A stretch of 64,000 bases of DNA from Fidelibacterota bacterium (GCA_021734325.1 JAIPJF010000006.1:35692-99691); one strand, 5' to 3'. Positions 8,740 through 18,099 are shown, numbered from the stretch's first letter. Translations and numbers: made by a program. The notes: a model not told the origin generated them from the sequence alone.

Positions 8740-9906
8740 AATACAGCACTTTTAAAGCCTGGAAAGATCATCATCTTGCTGATCCTGATCCTGGGCGGTT
8801 TTATTTTTACCATCAACAATGCCCTTTCTGCGGCACAATACGATCAGGGAGATATTCCTTTGAATAAAATTCAAGCTTCCCCTCAGCACAAAGATGGGGT
8901 TTTTACCAACCCTCTCCCCTGGAAGGATCGTCCATCCTTTGGCCTGATCCGCAAAATGCTCTTTGGCAAGGAACAGAGAAAGCCGGACCAACCCCTTCCC
9001 CAGAAAATGATCAATCCAGAAAGTTTGGAATCCCCAGATAGTACTTATTTGAACATCACCAACGTTGGTCACTCGTCACTCATTATCAATATGGATGGCT
9101 ATCGCATCCTCACGGATCCAGTCTATGAAGCCAGGATCAGTCCTGTGGGTCCATCCCGCTTTAACAGGGAGATTCCCCTGGATCCGACTGCGCTCCATGA
9201 TATTGATGTGGTCATCATATCCCACAACCACTATGACCACCTGAATAAATATTCCATCCAGACCATCCACCATGAGGTGAAACGATTTGTGGTCCCCCTC
9301 GGTGTTGGCGCACAGCTTGAAAAATGGGGTGTTGCCAGAGAAAAGATTTCTGAGCTGGATTGGTGGGATGAGCTGCCCCTCTTTAATGATTTGACCATCG
9401 TTTCAACCCCGGCACAGCATTTCTCCGGTCGTGGGTTGACGGACCGAAACAAAACACTCTGGGCATCCTATGTCTTAAAAACCAAGGCTCACAATATCTA
9501 TTTCAGTGGTGATTCTGGGTACTTCGAGGGCTTTAAAAAGATCGGTGAAAAATATGGCCCTTTCGATCTGGCATTCCTGGAGTGTGGGGCATACAATCCG
9601 GAATGGGCCTTTGTGCATATGTTTCCTGAGGAAACCGTTCAAGCAGCCCTTGACCTGGGAACCCGATACATGTGGCCCATTCACTGGGGAACGTTCAATC
9701 TGGCCTTTCATGACTGGTTCGATCCCATGAAAAGGGTGAGTATCGCAGCTGAGGCCGAAGGAGTGGCGCTATTAACCCCCATATTCGGACAGATCGTAAA
9801 ATATCCAGAGGAAATGGAGACCAAAAACTGGTGGGTTCCTTTTCTCCCTCAAAATATGGCAAATGATGTAAATTTATCAAAAAAGGAATTGGCACATGGC
9901 AATTAA
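8725..9906 (+). CDS. MBL-fold metallo-hydrolase (RomA/NAPE-PLD-like)
   Basis: VGHSS, LTDP, ISHNHYDHL (HxHxDH), PAQHFSGR, SGDSGY, PIHWGTF motifs; N-terminal TM helix. Confidence 0.9.
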   Translation: MNIHFNTALLKPGKIIILLILILGGFIFTINNALSAAQYDQGDIPLNKIQASPQHKDGVFTNPLPWKDRPSFGLIRKMLFGKEQRKPDQPLPQKMINPESLESPDSTYLNITNVGHSSLIINMDGYRILTDPVYEARISPVGPSRFNREIPLDPTALHDIDVVIISHNHYDHLNKYSIQTIHHEVKRFVVPLGVGAQLEKWGVAREKISELDWWDELPLFNDLTIVSTPAQHFSGRGLTDRNKTLWASYVLKTKAHNIYFSGDSGYFEGFKKIGEKYGPFDLAFLECGAYNPEWAFVHMFPEETVQAALDLGTRYMWPIHWGTFNLAFHDWFDPMKRVSIAAEAEGVALLTPIFGQIVKYPEEMETKNWWVPFLPQNMANDVNLSKKELAHGN

Positions 9907-10573
9907 AGCGATCATTACCGGATCAACAGGCATGGTAGGTGAAGGAGTCCTTCATGAATGCCTGAATCATCCAGATGTGGAATCTGTACTGGTGATCAAC
10001 AGACGATCATGTGGTAAGCTGCATCCGAAATTAACAGAGATCCTCCACAGTGATTTTACTGATTTCTCTGAGATTGAAGAGTTACTGACCGGCTACAATT
10101 CAGCCTACTTGTGCATGGGAACCACCTCTTTTAGGATGAGTGAAAAGGACTACGCCAATATTACCTATGAAATGACGCTGGCCCTGGCGAGGACCCTTGC
10201 CAGGTTGAATCCAGATTTGAGTTTGTGTTACGTTTCCGGCATGGGCTCAGATTCCACTGAAGCAGGGAAACTGATGTGGACCCGAATCAAAGGCAAAACA
10301 GAAAACACTCTCCTGAAGCTGCCCCTAAAGCAGGCATTCATGTTCCGTGCCGGTATCATTCAACCAACCAAGGGGTTGGACAACACCTACTTGATGTATA
10401 AGCTGGGAAATCCAGTTTTACCGCTTCTGAGGAAGCTATTTCCGAAATTATTCTGCTCACTGGAAGAGATCGGTCTGGCGATGATCGAAACATCCCTGAG
10501 TGGATTTGACAAACCAATTGTTGATGTCCTTGATATGGTCACGTTGGCATCAAAAAATAAAGCAAAGGATTAA
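9896..10573 (+). CDS. NAD(P)-binding epimerase/dehydratase-like oxidoreductase (YraR-like)
   Basis: ITGSTGMVG Rossmann motif, CMGTT, YVSGMGSD, KGKTEN. Confidence 0.8.
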   Translation: MAIKAIITGSTGMVGEGVLHECLNHPDVESVLVINRRSCGKLHPKLTEILHSDFTDFSEIEELLTGYNSAYLCMGTTSFRMSEKDYANITYEMTLALARTLARLNPDLSLCYVSGMGSDSTEAGKLMWTRIKGKTENTLLKLPLKQAFMFRAGIIQPTKGLDNTYLMYKLGNPVLPLLRKLFPKLFCSLEEIGLAMIETSLSGFDKPIVDVLDMVTLASKNKAKD

Positions 10574-10577
10574 TCTT

Positions 10578-11480
10578 ATCAGAAAAACAAATTGGACAAC
10601 AGATAACATACCTGATCAAAGCGGTCGGGTGGTCATTATAACCGGTGCCAATAGTGGGATCGGATTTGAGGCTGCGAAAGCCCTGACTGCCAAAAATGCC
10701 CTAGTCATTCTCGCCGTCAGAAATCAGTCCAAGGGTGAAGCGGCCGCCGCTCATATTGCGTCTGAAGTTCCCGGTGCCAAGCTCTCGGTACATATGCTGG
10801 ATGTCGCCAACTTGGCTTCTGTAAAAGCATTTGCAGACAAAATGAAGGCAGATTATAAGCAACTGGATCTCCTGATCAACAATGCCGGGATTATGGTTCC
10901 GCCCTACGGAAAAACGGTGGACGGATTTGAGTCTCAATTCGGCACAAACCACCTGGGGCATTTTACGCTGACTGCACAACTCTATGATCTTTTAAAATCA
11001 ACGTCGAATAGTCGGATCGTGAATGTCAGCAGCAACGCTCACAAAATGGGGAAAATAAATCTGGATGACCTCAATTGGGAGAATCGGAAGTATGTCTCCT
11101 GGACAGCCTATGGAGACAGCAAGATAGCCAATCTGTATTTTACCTACGAGCTTGCTCGGAAAATTCAAGCTGCAGGTCATCATGTCATGGTCACCGCAGC
11201 TCATCCTGGTCTTACCTCCAGCAACCTTGCTAAAGGAGCAGGTATCAGATTTTTTAATTCTTTATTTGCCCAGAGTGGCTCCATGGGAGCGCTTCCCACC
11301 CTGATGGCTGCCACAGACCCTTCAGCAAAAAATGGAGATTATTTCGGACCCTCGAAGCTGTCTGGATGGCGGGGATATCCGAAGCGGGTATTTTCGAACA
11401 AGGCTTCCCATGATACTGATATTGCGGCTCGATTGTGGGAAATATCTCAGGATATGACTCAAGTGAAATTTCAGGTTTAG
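10578..11480 (+). CDS. Short-chain dehydrogenase/reductase (retinol dehydrogenase-like); start codon uncertain, candidate ATC
   Basis: WT..NIPDQSGRVVIITGANSGIG, NNAG, FGTNHLGHF, YGDSK (YxxxK). The frame is open from 10500, but AAAGGA sits 8 nt before ATC 10578. Confidence 0.85.
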   Translation: MRKTNWTTDNIPDQSGRVVIITGANSGIGFEAAKALTAKNALVILAVRNQSKGEAAAAHIASEVPGAKLSVHMLDVANLASVKAFADKMKADYKQLDLLINNAGIMVPPYGKTVDGFESQFGTNHLGHFTLTAQLYDLLKSTSNSRIVNVSSNAHKMGKINLDDLNWENRKYVSWTAYGDSKIANLYFTYELARKIQAAGHHVMVTAAHPGLTSSNLAKGAGIRFFNSLFAQSGSMGALPTLMAATDPSAKNGDYFGPSKLSGWRGYPKRVFSNKASHDTDIAARLWEISQDMTQVKFQV

Positions 11481-11577
11481 CATGGTCTAGAATGCTGTTA
11501 TTTCAGAATCGATTGTAACCATCATGTTCACTTGAGATCAACATGTTTCAGTGCATAATCAAATAGGGGGATAAAAA

Positions 11578-12387
11578 ATGGAAAGTTTGCTAAGCATTCA
11601 CCCTGTCATGCTAGCCCTCTTCGCAGGGCTTTTTACCTGGGGCCTCACAGCACTTGGAGCGGCAGGAGTACTCTTCCATAACAAAAAATCCTTTTCCAAT
11701 ATGGATGGCATGCTGGGGTTTGCCGCTGGTGTCATGATTGCTGCCAGTTTCTGGTCACTTCTGGCGCCTGCTCTGGAAATGGCCGAAGGTCGTTCCCTCC
11801 CTCCCTGGATACCCGTATCTTTAGGATTCCTCAGTGGAGGGGCTGTGCTGTACGGGATTGATAAAATCCTGCCCCATTTGCATCTGGGAGCGCCCATGGA
11901 AGATGCAGAGGGTGTCCCCACTTCCTGGCGACGAACCACCTTACTCATCCTGGCCATTACCCTCCACAACATTCCCGAGGGTCTGGCTGTCGGTGTTGCC
12001 TTTGGCGCGCTGGCGGCAGATATCCCGTCGGCCAGCCTTCAGGGTGCCGTGGTGCTGGCGATAGGTATCGGAATCCAGAATTTTCCTGAAGGTCTGGCTG
12101 TCTCCATGCCTCTGAGGCGCGAGGGTTTCAGCCGCCGTAGAAGCTTTTGGTATGGCCAACTCTCGGGAATGGTTGAACCTGTGGCTGCTGTACTCGGTGC
12201 CATTATTGTTACCACATCAACAGCCATCCTGCCCTTTGCCCTGGCCTTTGCAGCAGGAGCCATGATTTTTGTCGTCGTTGAAGAACTCATCCCGGAGTCC
12301 CAACGATCTGGCAACACTGATCCAGCAACTATCGGAGCCATGTTGGGCTTCACTCTCATGATGGTTTTGGATGTCGCCCTTGGATGA
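11578..12387 (+). CDS. ZIP family divalent metal transporter (ZupT/GufA-like)
   Basis: [58 protein letters not shown]. Confidence 0.92.
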   Translation: MESLLSIHPVMLALFAGLFTWGLTALGAAGVLFHNKKSFSNMDGMLGFAAGVMIAASFWSLLAPALEMAEGRSLPPWIPVSLGFLSGGAVLYGIDKILPHLHLGAPMEDAEGVPTSWRRTTLLILAITLHNIPEGLAVGVAFGALAADIPSASLQGAVVLAIGIGIQNFPEGLAVSMPLRREGFSRRRSFWYGQLSGMVEPVAAVLGAIIVTTSTAILPFALAFAAGAMIFVVVEELIPESQRSGNTDPATIGAMLGFTLMMVLDVALG

Positions 12388-12476
12388 TCTCAGCTTATGG
12401 CAATTACTCTTGGAGCCCTTTCTGAAACCTTTATATTTGCTCCGCTTTATGAAAAGAAATAATAAGTTATTAACTT

Positions 12477-12503
12477 TTTACAACGAAGTTAGCGAAAGCT
12501 ACG
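12477..12503 (+). repeat. REP-like motif A, left of GxxExxY
   Basis: TTTACAACGAAGTTAGCGAAAGCTACG; related copies in reverse orientation at 12989-13007 and 18111-18140. Confidence 0.6.
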
Positions 12504-12567
12504 CAGTAGGTGAGCCCTTCTTCAACGTAATAAATGGGCCCAAAGCCAGTCGGATTGGTGAAAAACA

Positions 12568-12963
12568 ATGGGTATACTTCACAAAGAACTGTCGGATAAA
12601 ATTATCGAATTAGCCATCGAGGTCCAGAAAGAATTAGGCGCTGGTTTTCTCGAACGTGTTTATGAGAACTCTCTTATCGTTGCCTTGCAGGATGAAAATC
12701 TTTTCGTGGAACAGCAAAAACATTTGGACGTTTATTTCCGGGGCAGATTAGTTGGTAATTATATCGCTGATCTAGTTGTAGATGGAAAGGTAATAATAGA
12801 AATTAAGGCTATTGAAACGCTTGTAAAAGTGCACTATGCTCAAATGATCAACTATCTGAAGGCGACAAATATTGAAGTCGGGTATTTACTAAATTTTGGT
12901 CAATTACCCCTTCAATTCAAGCGCCTCGTTAAATTGAATGATATTGATGCAACAAATACCTAG
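12568..12963 (+). CDS. GxxExxY family protein (PD-(D/E)XK nuclease fold)
   Basis: LGAGFLERVYEN (GxxExxY), YIADLVVDGKVIIEIKA, AQMINYLKAT, GYLLNFG. Confidence 0.93.
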   Translation: MGILHKELSDKIIELAIEVQKELGAGFLERVYENSLIVALQDENLFVEQQKHLDVYFRGRLVGNYIADLVVDGKVIIEIKAIETLVKVHYAQMINYLKATNIEVGYLLNFGQLPLQFKRLVKLNDIDATNT

Positions 12964-12973
12964 AACAGTTAAA

Positions 12974-13007
12974 CAACGAATTCGTTGATTTCGTTTATTC
13001 GTTGTAA
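12974..13007 (-). repeat. REP-like motif A, right of GxxExxY, in inverted orientation
   Basis: Palindrome CAACGAATTCGTTG (12974-12987) followed by TTTCGTTTATTCGTTGTAA, whose reverse complement TTACAACGAATAAACGAAA resembles the left motif. Confidence 0.6.
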
Positions 13008-13039
13008 GAATAAAAAACCTATATGGAGAAACACATAAA

Positions 13040-14923
13040 ATGACCAAACACGTATTTCAAACAGAAGTAAATGAACTTCTTCACTTAATCATTCATTCGC
13101 TTTACTCACACAAGGAGATCTTCCTACGTGAGCTCGTTTCAAACGCCTCGGATGCCCTTGACAAGCTTAAATATCTGACCCTGACTGAGGACAAATTCAA
13201 GAAGATCAATTTTGATCCAAGAATCGATATCTCATTCACCGATGGTGACGCTGGCAGAACCCTGACCATCAAGGATACTGGGATCGGTATGAACGAAGAG
13301 GATCTCATCGAGCATCTGGGGACCATCGCCCGTTCTGGGACCAAGAACTTCCTCGGTAAACTTTCTGGTGATGCAAAAAAAGACTCGAATCTCATTGGAC
13401 AATTTGGGGTGGGTTTTTACTCCAGTTTCATGGTCGCCGATGAAGTTGAAGTCATTAGCCGCAAAGCCGGTGAGAAGGATGCCTTTCGCTGGGTGAGTGA
13501 CGGAAAAAGTGGTTTCGAACTTGAAAAAACAGTCAAAAAAGAAACGGGAACAGAGATCACCCTGCATCTCAATGATGAAGGTAAAGAATTTGGCAACCGC
13601 TGGACCATTACGGAGATTCTAAAGAAATATTCAAATCACATCGCATTCCCGGTCTATCTCGAATATGAGCAAAGCAATTTTGAAGGTGAGGGTGAGAATA
13701 GAAAAGAGATCAAAGAACTGAAGTCTGAGCAGATCAATGATGCCACTGCCTTCTGGAAGAAGCCAAAGAGCAGTCTGAAAAAGAAGGACTATAATGAATT
13801 TTACCAGACCTTCAGTAACGATTTCAAGGATCCAGCCCTGTATGTCCACACACAGGCTGAAGGTGCGATGGACTATACTACATTATTCTTCGTCCCTGAA
13901 AAAGCCCCGGCAGACCTGTTTTATGCAGACTATAAACCAGGGGTCAAACTGTATGTGAAACGCGTTTTCATCACTGATGATGAAAAAGAACTCCTGCCAA
14001 CCTATTTACGATTCATCAAAGGTATTATTGATTCAGAAGATTTACCTTTGAACGTAAGCCGGGAGATCCTGCAGCAGAACAGGGTTCTGGATAATATTCG
14101 CAAGGCCTCTGTCAAGAAATTGCTCAAAACGTTTGAATCTCTGGCTAAAAAGGACAAAGAATATCTGGCCTTCTACAAGCAATATGGTCGTCCCTTGAAA
14201 GAGGGTTACTACCAGGATCGAGATAATCGCGATTTACTGGAAAAGCTGGTCCGTTTTAAATCAAGTAAAGTCGATGGCTACACTTCTTTACAGGACTATG
14301 TCAGCAGAATGCAGGAAGATCAGAAGTCCATCTATTATGTGACGGGTGACAATGAGGCCACCCTGAGGCGATCACCCCTGATCGAAATGTACACTAAAAA
14401 AGATATCGAAGTGCTTATCGCTGACGATGAAATCGATGAGATCATCCTTCCCGGTGTCGCCAGGTTTGGTGAACACGAATTCAAATCTGTCAACCGCAGC
14501 AATGCCGGTGACGAATTGAAAAAAGAGAATGAAGATGAGAAGGAGCCAGACGACAAGGAAGTAGCCCCCTTTATCAAGAAGATCAAAAAGGTCCTCGGCG
14601 ATAAAGTGAAGGATGTGAAAGTGTCTTCAAGGCTCACTGATTCCCCCTCTGTCCTGGTTGCCGATGCCGATGATCCCACGTTCCAGATGCAGGAGATGAT
14701 GCGCGCCATGGGTCAGTTTGACATGCCTGATGTCAAACCCATCCTTGAGATCAATCTGGATCATCCGATCCTGAAGAAAATGAAGGACATGCGTAAATCC
14801 AAGGATTTTGATAATGCCACCGAGTTACTCTATGAACAGGCACTCTTGCTGGAAGGGATGAAGCTGGAAAATCCGGCTGATTTTGTCAAACGACTCAATG
14901 AGGTGTTGACCAAGTCACTCTAA
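13040..14923 (+). CDS. htpG: Molecular chaperone HtpG (Hsp90)
   Basis: FQTEV...LIIHSLYSHKEIFLRELVSNASDA, DTGIGM, IGQFGVGFYS, DSEDLPLNVSREILQ. Confidence 0.97.
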   Translation: MTKHVFQTEVNELLHLIIHSLYSHKEIFLRELVSNASDALDKLKYLTLTEDKFKKINFDPRIDISFTDGDAGRTLTIKDTGIGMNEEDLIEHLGTIARSGTKNFLGKLSGDAKKDSNLIGQFGVGFYSSFMVADEVEVISRKAGEKDAFRWVSDGKSGFELEKTVKKETGTEITLHLNDEGKEFGNRWTITEILKKYSNHIAFPVYLEYEQSNFEGEGENRKEIKELKSEQINDATAFWKKPKSSLKKKDYNEFYQTFSNDFKDPALYVHTQAEGAMDYTTLFFVPEKAPADLFYADYKPGVKLYVKRVFITDDEKELLPTYLRFIKGIIDSEDLPLNVSREILQQNRVLDNIRKASVKKLLKTFESLAKKDKEYLAFYKQYGRPLKEGYYQDRDNRDLLEKLVRFKSSKVDGYTSLQDYVSRMQEDQKSIYYVTGDNEATLRRSPLIEMYTKKDIEVLIADDEIDEIILPGVARFGEHEFKSVNRSNAGDELKKENEDEKEPDDKEVAPFIKKIKKVLGDKVKDVKVSSRLTDSPSVLVADADDPTFQMQEMMRAMGQFDMPDVKPILEINLDHPILKKMKDMRKSKDFDNATELLYEQALLLEGMKLENPADFVKRLNEVLTKSL

Positions 14924-14953
14924 AGTCCAATCATCATTCCAAAAAGCTTTTCT

Positions 14954-14977
14954 CGCAGAGCACGCTGAGACGCAGAG
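14954..14977 (+). repeat. Tandem CGCAGAG heptamer REP-like motif
   Basis: CGCAGAG-ca-CGCTGAG-a-CGCAGAG. Confidence 0.45.
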
Positions 14978-14984
14978 CTTATAA

Positions 14985-15033
14985 TGTCTTTGCGAGGAGT
15001 TCCAGCCAATAGGCGGAACGACGTGGCAATCTC
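14985..15033 (+). repeat. Palindromic element B, copy 1
   Basis: TGTCTTTGCGAGG...internal hairpin GTTCCAGCC-aata-GGCGGAAC...GCAATCTC; same ends as 18060-18099 on the minus strand. Confidence 0.65.
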
Positions 15034-15255
15034 GAGCACGGGTAATTATTAAAACAGCTTTCGGATTCTGAGGCTCCCTTGCCCCTCCACTTCCACTTTT
15101 AGCCACCGCATATTGCGGGATTCCGGGATCCAAGGCGGTCGTCGAAGGGGAGTAGGCTGAGCCTAAGTTTCTTGAAGCCCTCGAATGTTAAGTGTAATGT
15201 GGATATTTCGAGAACGCTTCGAGCTCCTCAGCGTCCATTTCAGTGACCAAAAATT

Positions 15256-15298
15256 ACAGCCCCGATCCTTGATACGCTCAAGGTCCGGGGCTGTTTTT
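15256..15298. terminator. Probable bidirectional terminator between htpG and trkH
   Basis: ACAGCCCCG..CCTTGA-tacgc-TCAAGG..CGGGGCTGT hairpin with a T-run after it and an A-run shortly before it. Confidence 0.65.
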
Positions 15299-15317
15299 AA
15301 AAGCAAATTTTCCTCGC

Positions 15318-16775
15318 TCAATAAGCCTTCGATTGTCTCCACTGGTGAGGAGTCAGGAAGACCAGCAAGGCAAAAATCTCCAGACGACCAAGCATCATCA
15401 ATCCAGCCAGCACCCATTTGCTGAGTTCAGGCAGGACACTGTAGTTTCCGAGGCTGCCGATGCGTCCCAAGCCGGGACCTACATTTCCCATCGCTGCAAC
15501 TGACCCCGAGAATGCTTCCTCAAGATTTACCCCACTGAATGAAAGCATGGCAGTTCCACCGAGGACAATGAGGATATAGACGACAATATACAACACGGCA
15601 TTATTGGCAAAATGGTCATCAACCACATTCCCGTCAACCTTGATGGAAATGAGTGCCCTGGGTCGCATGATCTGCCGCATGCGTCTTGTGATCGCTTTTA
15701 ACATCAAAAGCACCCTGTCAACCTTGATCCCTCCCGAGGTTGAACCTGCACTGGCACATTGCAGCGCAAAATATAAAAGCAATAATTTTGAGAAGGCCGG
15801 CCAAACGGAGGTGTCCGCTGAAGCAAATCCAGTGGATGTGGCCACAGATATCAGGTTGAAGGAAGCTTGTCTGAAAGCACTCCCGAGGCTCAATCCAGTA
15901 TGCTGAGTCAGATTTAGGGTCGTCAAAATCGTTCCAAAGAGTATCATGAACAGATAAAGACGAACGACACTGGATCGCATCCAGATCTTGAATGATCTGC
16001 CTGTGATAGAAGCATACATCACCGCAAAATGAATTCCGGATAATATCATGAAAACGATGATAATGGCTTCGATCCAGATACTATGAAAGGTTCCTACGCT
16101 CATATTCCGCGGTGAAAATCCTCCTGTTGCAATGGTTCCAAAGGAATGGGTCACGGCATCAAAAACGCCCATTCCGGCTATCATCAGAAAAACGATCTCA
16201 AACAGGGTAAGTCCGAAATAGACACTTACGAGGATCTGAGTGGCTTTGCGGGCGCGCATCTGAAAATCCTGTCTGGCCAGGTGGGAAATCTCGCTGCGGA
16301 AAAGAATAACCTCAGAATACCCGAGAAAGGGTAAGAGCGAAAGGGTGAAAATCACAATTCCCACACCCCCGATCCAATGGGTGGCTGATCGCCAAAACAA
16401 GAGTCCATGGGGCAAGGCCTCAATATCACTCAGTATGGTTGATCCTGTGGTCGTAAAGCCTGAGACACTCTCAAAAAAGGCGTTGGTCAGCGTAAACGGT
16501 CCACCATACATAATGTAAGGAATGGCACCGAAAACACAGGCTGACAACCAGCTCAGGACGACGATCATCAATCCCTCCTTGTTCGAGATATTCATGACTT
16601 TCGGAACAAAGAGCATGGGAAAGACAGTCAGCAGTAGGGCTAATGAGGCTGTAAAGAACAGGGGGCCGGTATCTGCGGTCTGCTCCCACCAGGATATTCC
16701 GCCAGACAGGATCAGGAATAGAGCTAGAATCGGAAACGTGAGAACAGTATATCGAAGGACTACATAGAATCGCAT
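15318..16775 (-). CDS. trkH: TrkH family potassium uptake membrane protein
   Basis: FFESVSGFTTTG, WIGGVGIV, FGTIATGGFS, SAGSTSGGIK, MGNVGPGLG, LGRLEI. Confidence 0.95.
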   Translation of the reverse strand: MRFYVVLRYTVLTFPILALFLILSGGISWWEQTADTGPLFFTASLALLLTVFPMLFVPKVMNISNKEGLMIVVLSWLSACVFGAIPYIMYGGPFTLTNAFFESVSGFTTTGSTILSDIEALPHGLLFWRSATHWIGGVGIVIFTLSLLPFLGYSEVILFRSEISHLARQDFQMRARKATQILVSVYFGLTLFEIVFLMIAGMGVFDAVTHSFGTIATGGFSPRNMSVGTFHSIWIEAIIIVFMILSGIHFAVMYASITGRSFKIWMRSSVVRLYLFMILFGTILTTLNLTQHTGLSLGSAFRQASFNLISVATSTGFASADTSVWPAFSKLLLLYFALQCASAGSTSGGIKVDRVLLMLKAITRRMRQIMRPRALISIKVDGNVVDDHFANNAVLYIVVYILIVLGGTAMLSFSGVNLEEAFSGSVAAMGNVGPGLGRIGSLGNYSVLPELSKWVLAGLMMLGRLEIFALLVFLTPHQWRQSKAY

Positions 16776-16777
16776 CG

Positions 16778-17539
16778 TTAAACCTGTCCCTTCCTTGAAT
16801 GGTGTTTGGCAAGTAACCGTATCTCATCGGCGAGATCACCAATTTCGTCGTGAGTGTGAATGTCAAGCTTATTCAGGTCTCCACCCTCACGAAAGGCTCG
16901 AACCCGGTCGGTCATTCTCAAGATTGGACTCACGATCAAAGCAGAAACAAAATAAGCAAACATGGATGTGAGGATAAAGGTTGCAATAATAGCAACGATC
17001 CCGGGCATGATGGACCTTTCGGCCATGGTCTCAAGATTGGAGGCGGTTTCATACATGGAGTCCTCGTTCATCCCAGCCAGACCTTTCAGATCATTCTTCA
17101 GAACTTGAAAAGCTCTGTGGGCTGATTGTTCATACCAAATCCAGTTCCCCTCCCTGTCTGTATCAACGATGGGACGCTCCCAAATATCTTTATAAGCCTG
17201 ATAGTGCTGCTGGATGGTGTTCAGCAATTCTGCTTCACCCTCGATTGTTATATTGCCCCTGGCAATTTGAAAAGCTTCGTTAAACACACTATCTGACTGC
17301 ATTAGCTGGTAACGTCCACGCTCCCAATACCCCTGCATAAGCAAAAGGATGGCACTGTCTTCACGCTCAACTGCCTCCACCATTTTCTGAGAAGCCAGGA
17401 TGCTACGATAATTTTCGTCGAGGATCCCCTGGACCGACACCTCTAATAATTTAAAACCGTTGATTGACCATATGCCGGCGGCAATGAGCATAATCGCCAT
17501 CATCAAAAACGCTGAAAGTAATTTTAATCTAAGTTTCAT
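16778..17539 (-). CDS. Membrane sensor: TM + four-helix-bundle periplasmic domain + TM + HAMP, with no output domain
   Basis: ENYRSILASQKMVEAVERED (4HB_MCP/KinB-like), TM2, then IVSPILRMT...DEIGDLA HAMP; the protein ends a few residues later. Confidence 0.8.
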   Translation of the reverse strand: MKLRLKLLSAFLMMAIMLIAAGIWSINGFKLLEVSVQGILDENYRSILASQKMVEAVEREDSAILLLMQGYWERGRYQLMQSDSVFNEAFQIARGNITIEGEAELLNTIQQHYQAYKDIWERPIVDTDREGNWIWYEQSAHRAFQVLKNDLKGLAGMNEDSMYETASNLETMAERSIMPGIVAIIATFILTSMFAYFVSALIVSPILRMTDRVRAFREGGDLNKLDIHTHDEIGDLADEIRLLAKHHSRKGQV

Positions 17540-17752
17540 ACAGGCCTCATTTGTCGACAGATTGCCGGCATGTTTTATTGATATCTTTTGGTAAGTGGAA
17601 GGGTGATGGGATCAATATATGGTACATAGTGTATTGAATATTCTCAATAAATATTAAGAGAACTTAAACACTTCATCCAGCTTTTCAACTGCTTTGATAC
17701 ACAAATGGCTCTACGAATTATCAGGAGGATTTACGCTGTTGAATCAGGATCG

Positions 17753-17826
17753 TGGTCGATACTGGACTCGAACCAGTGACCTCCCGGATGTGAACCGGAC
17801 GCTCTAACCAACTGAGCCAATCGACC
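17753..17826 (-). tRNA. tRNA-Val (anticodon CAC), CCA not encoded
   Basis: GGTCGAT TG GCTC AGTTGGTTA GAGC G TCCGG TT-CAC-AT CCGGG AGGTC ACTGG TTCGAGT CCAGT ATCGACC A folds as a full cloverleaf. Confidence 0.95.
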
Positions 17827-17867
17827 ATATTGCCAATTTTGTGTCCTTTTAAACCCGATCTAACCTG

Positions 17868-17908
17868 CTGCCTGTCGCGGCGTAGTCTGAAAGACGTAGC
17901 CGGAGGCT
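17868..17908. repeat. Palindromic REP-like element beside the tRNA leader duplication
   Basis: GCCTGTCGCGGCGTAGTC-tgaaa-GACGTAGCCGGAGGC imperfect hairpin. Confidence 0.45.
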
Positions 17909-18059
17909 AATCGACCGTGTTGCCAATTTCCTGCTTCTTTAAGCACACTAAGCAGCTCATCGCATAGACCAGAGAGATGCTTCGCAAATCTCAGGATGAC
18001 ACACTGAAAAGCTAAAAAAGCAGCGCTAATATAATCGGAAGCGGAGACTACTCAAATTT

Positions 18060-18099
18060 GAGATTGCTGCGGTCGAATAAATTCTCCCTCGCAAAGACA
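18060..18099 (-). repeat. Palindromic element B, copy 2
   Basis: Reverse complement TGTCTTTGCGAGGGAGAATTTATTCGACCGCAGCAATCTC shares the 13-nt 5' end and 8-nt 3' end with 14985-15033. Confidence 0.65.
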
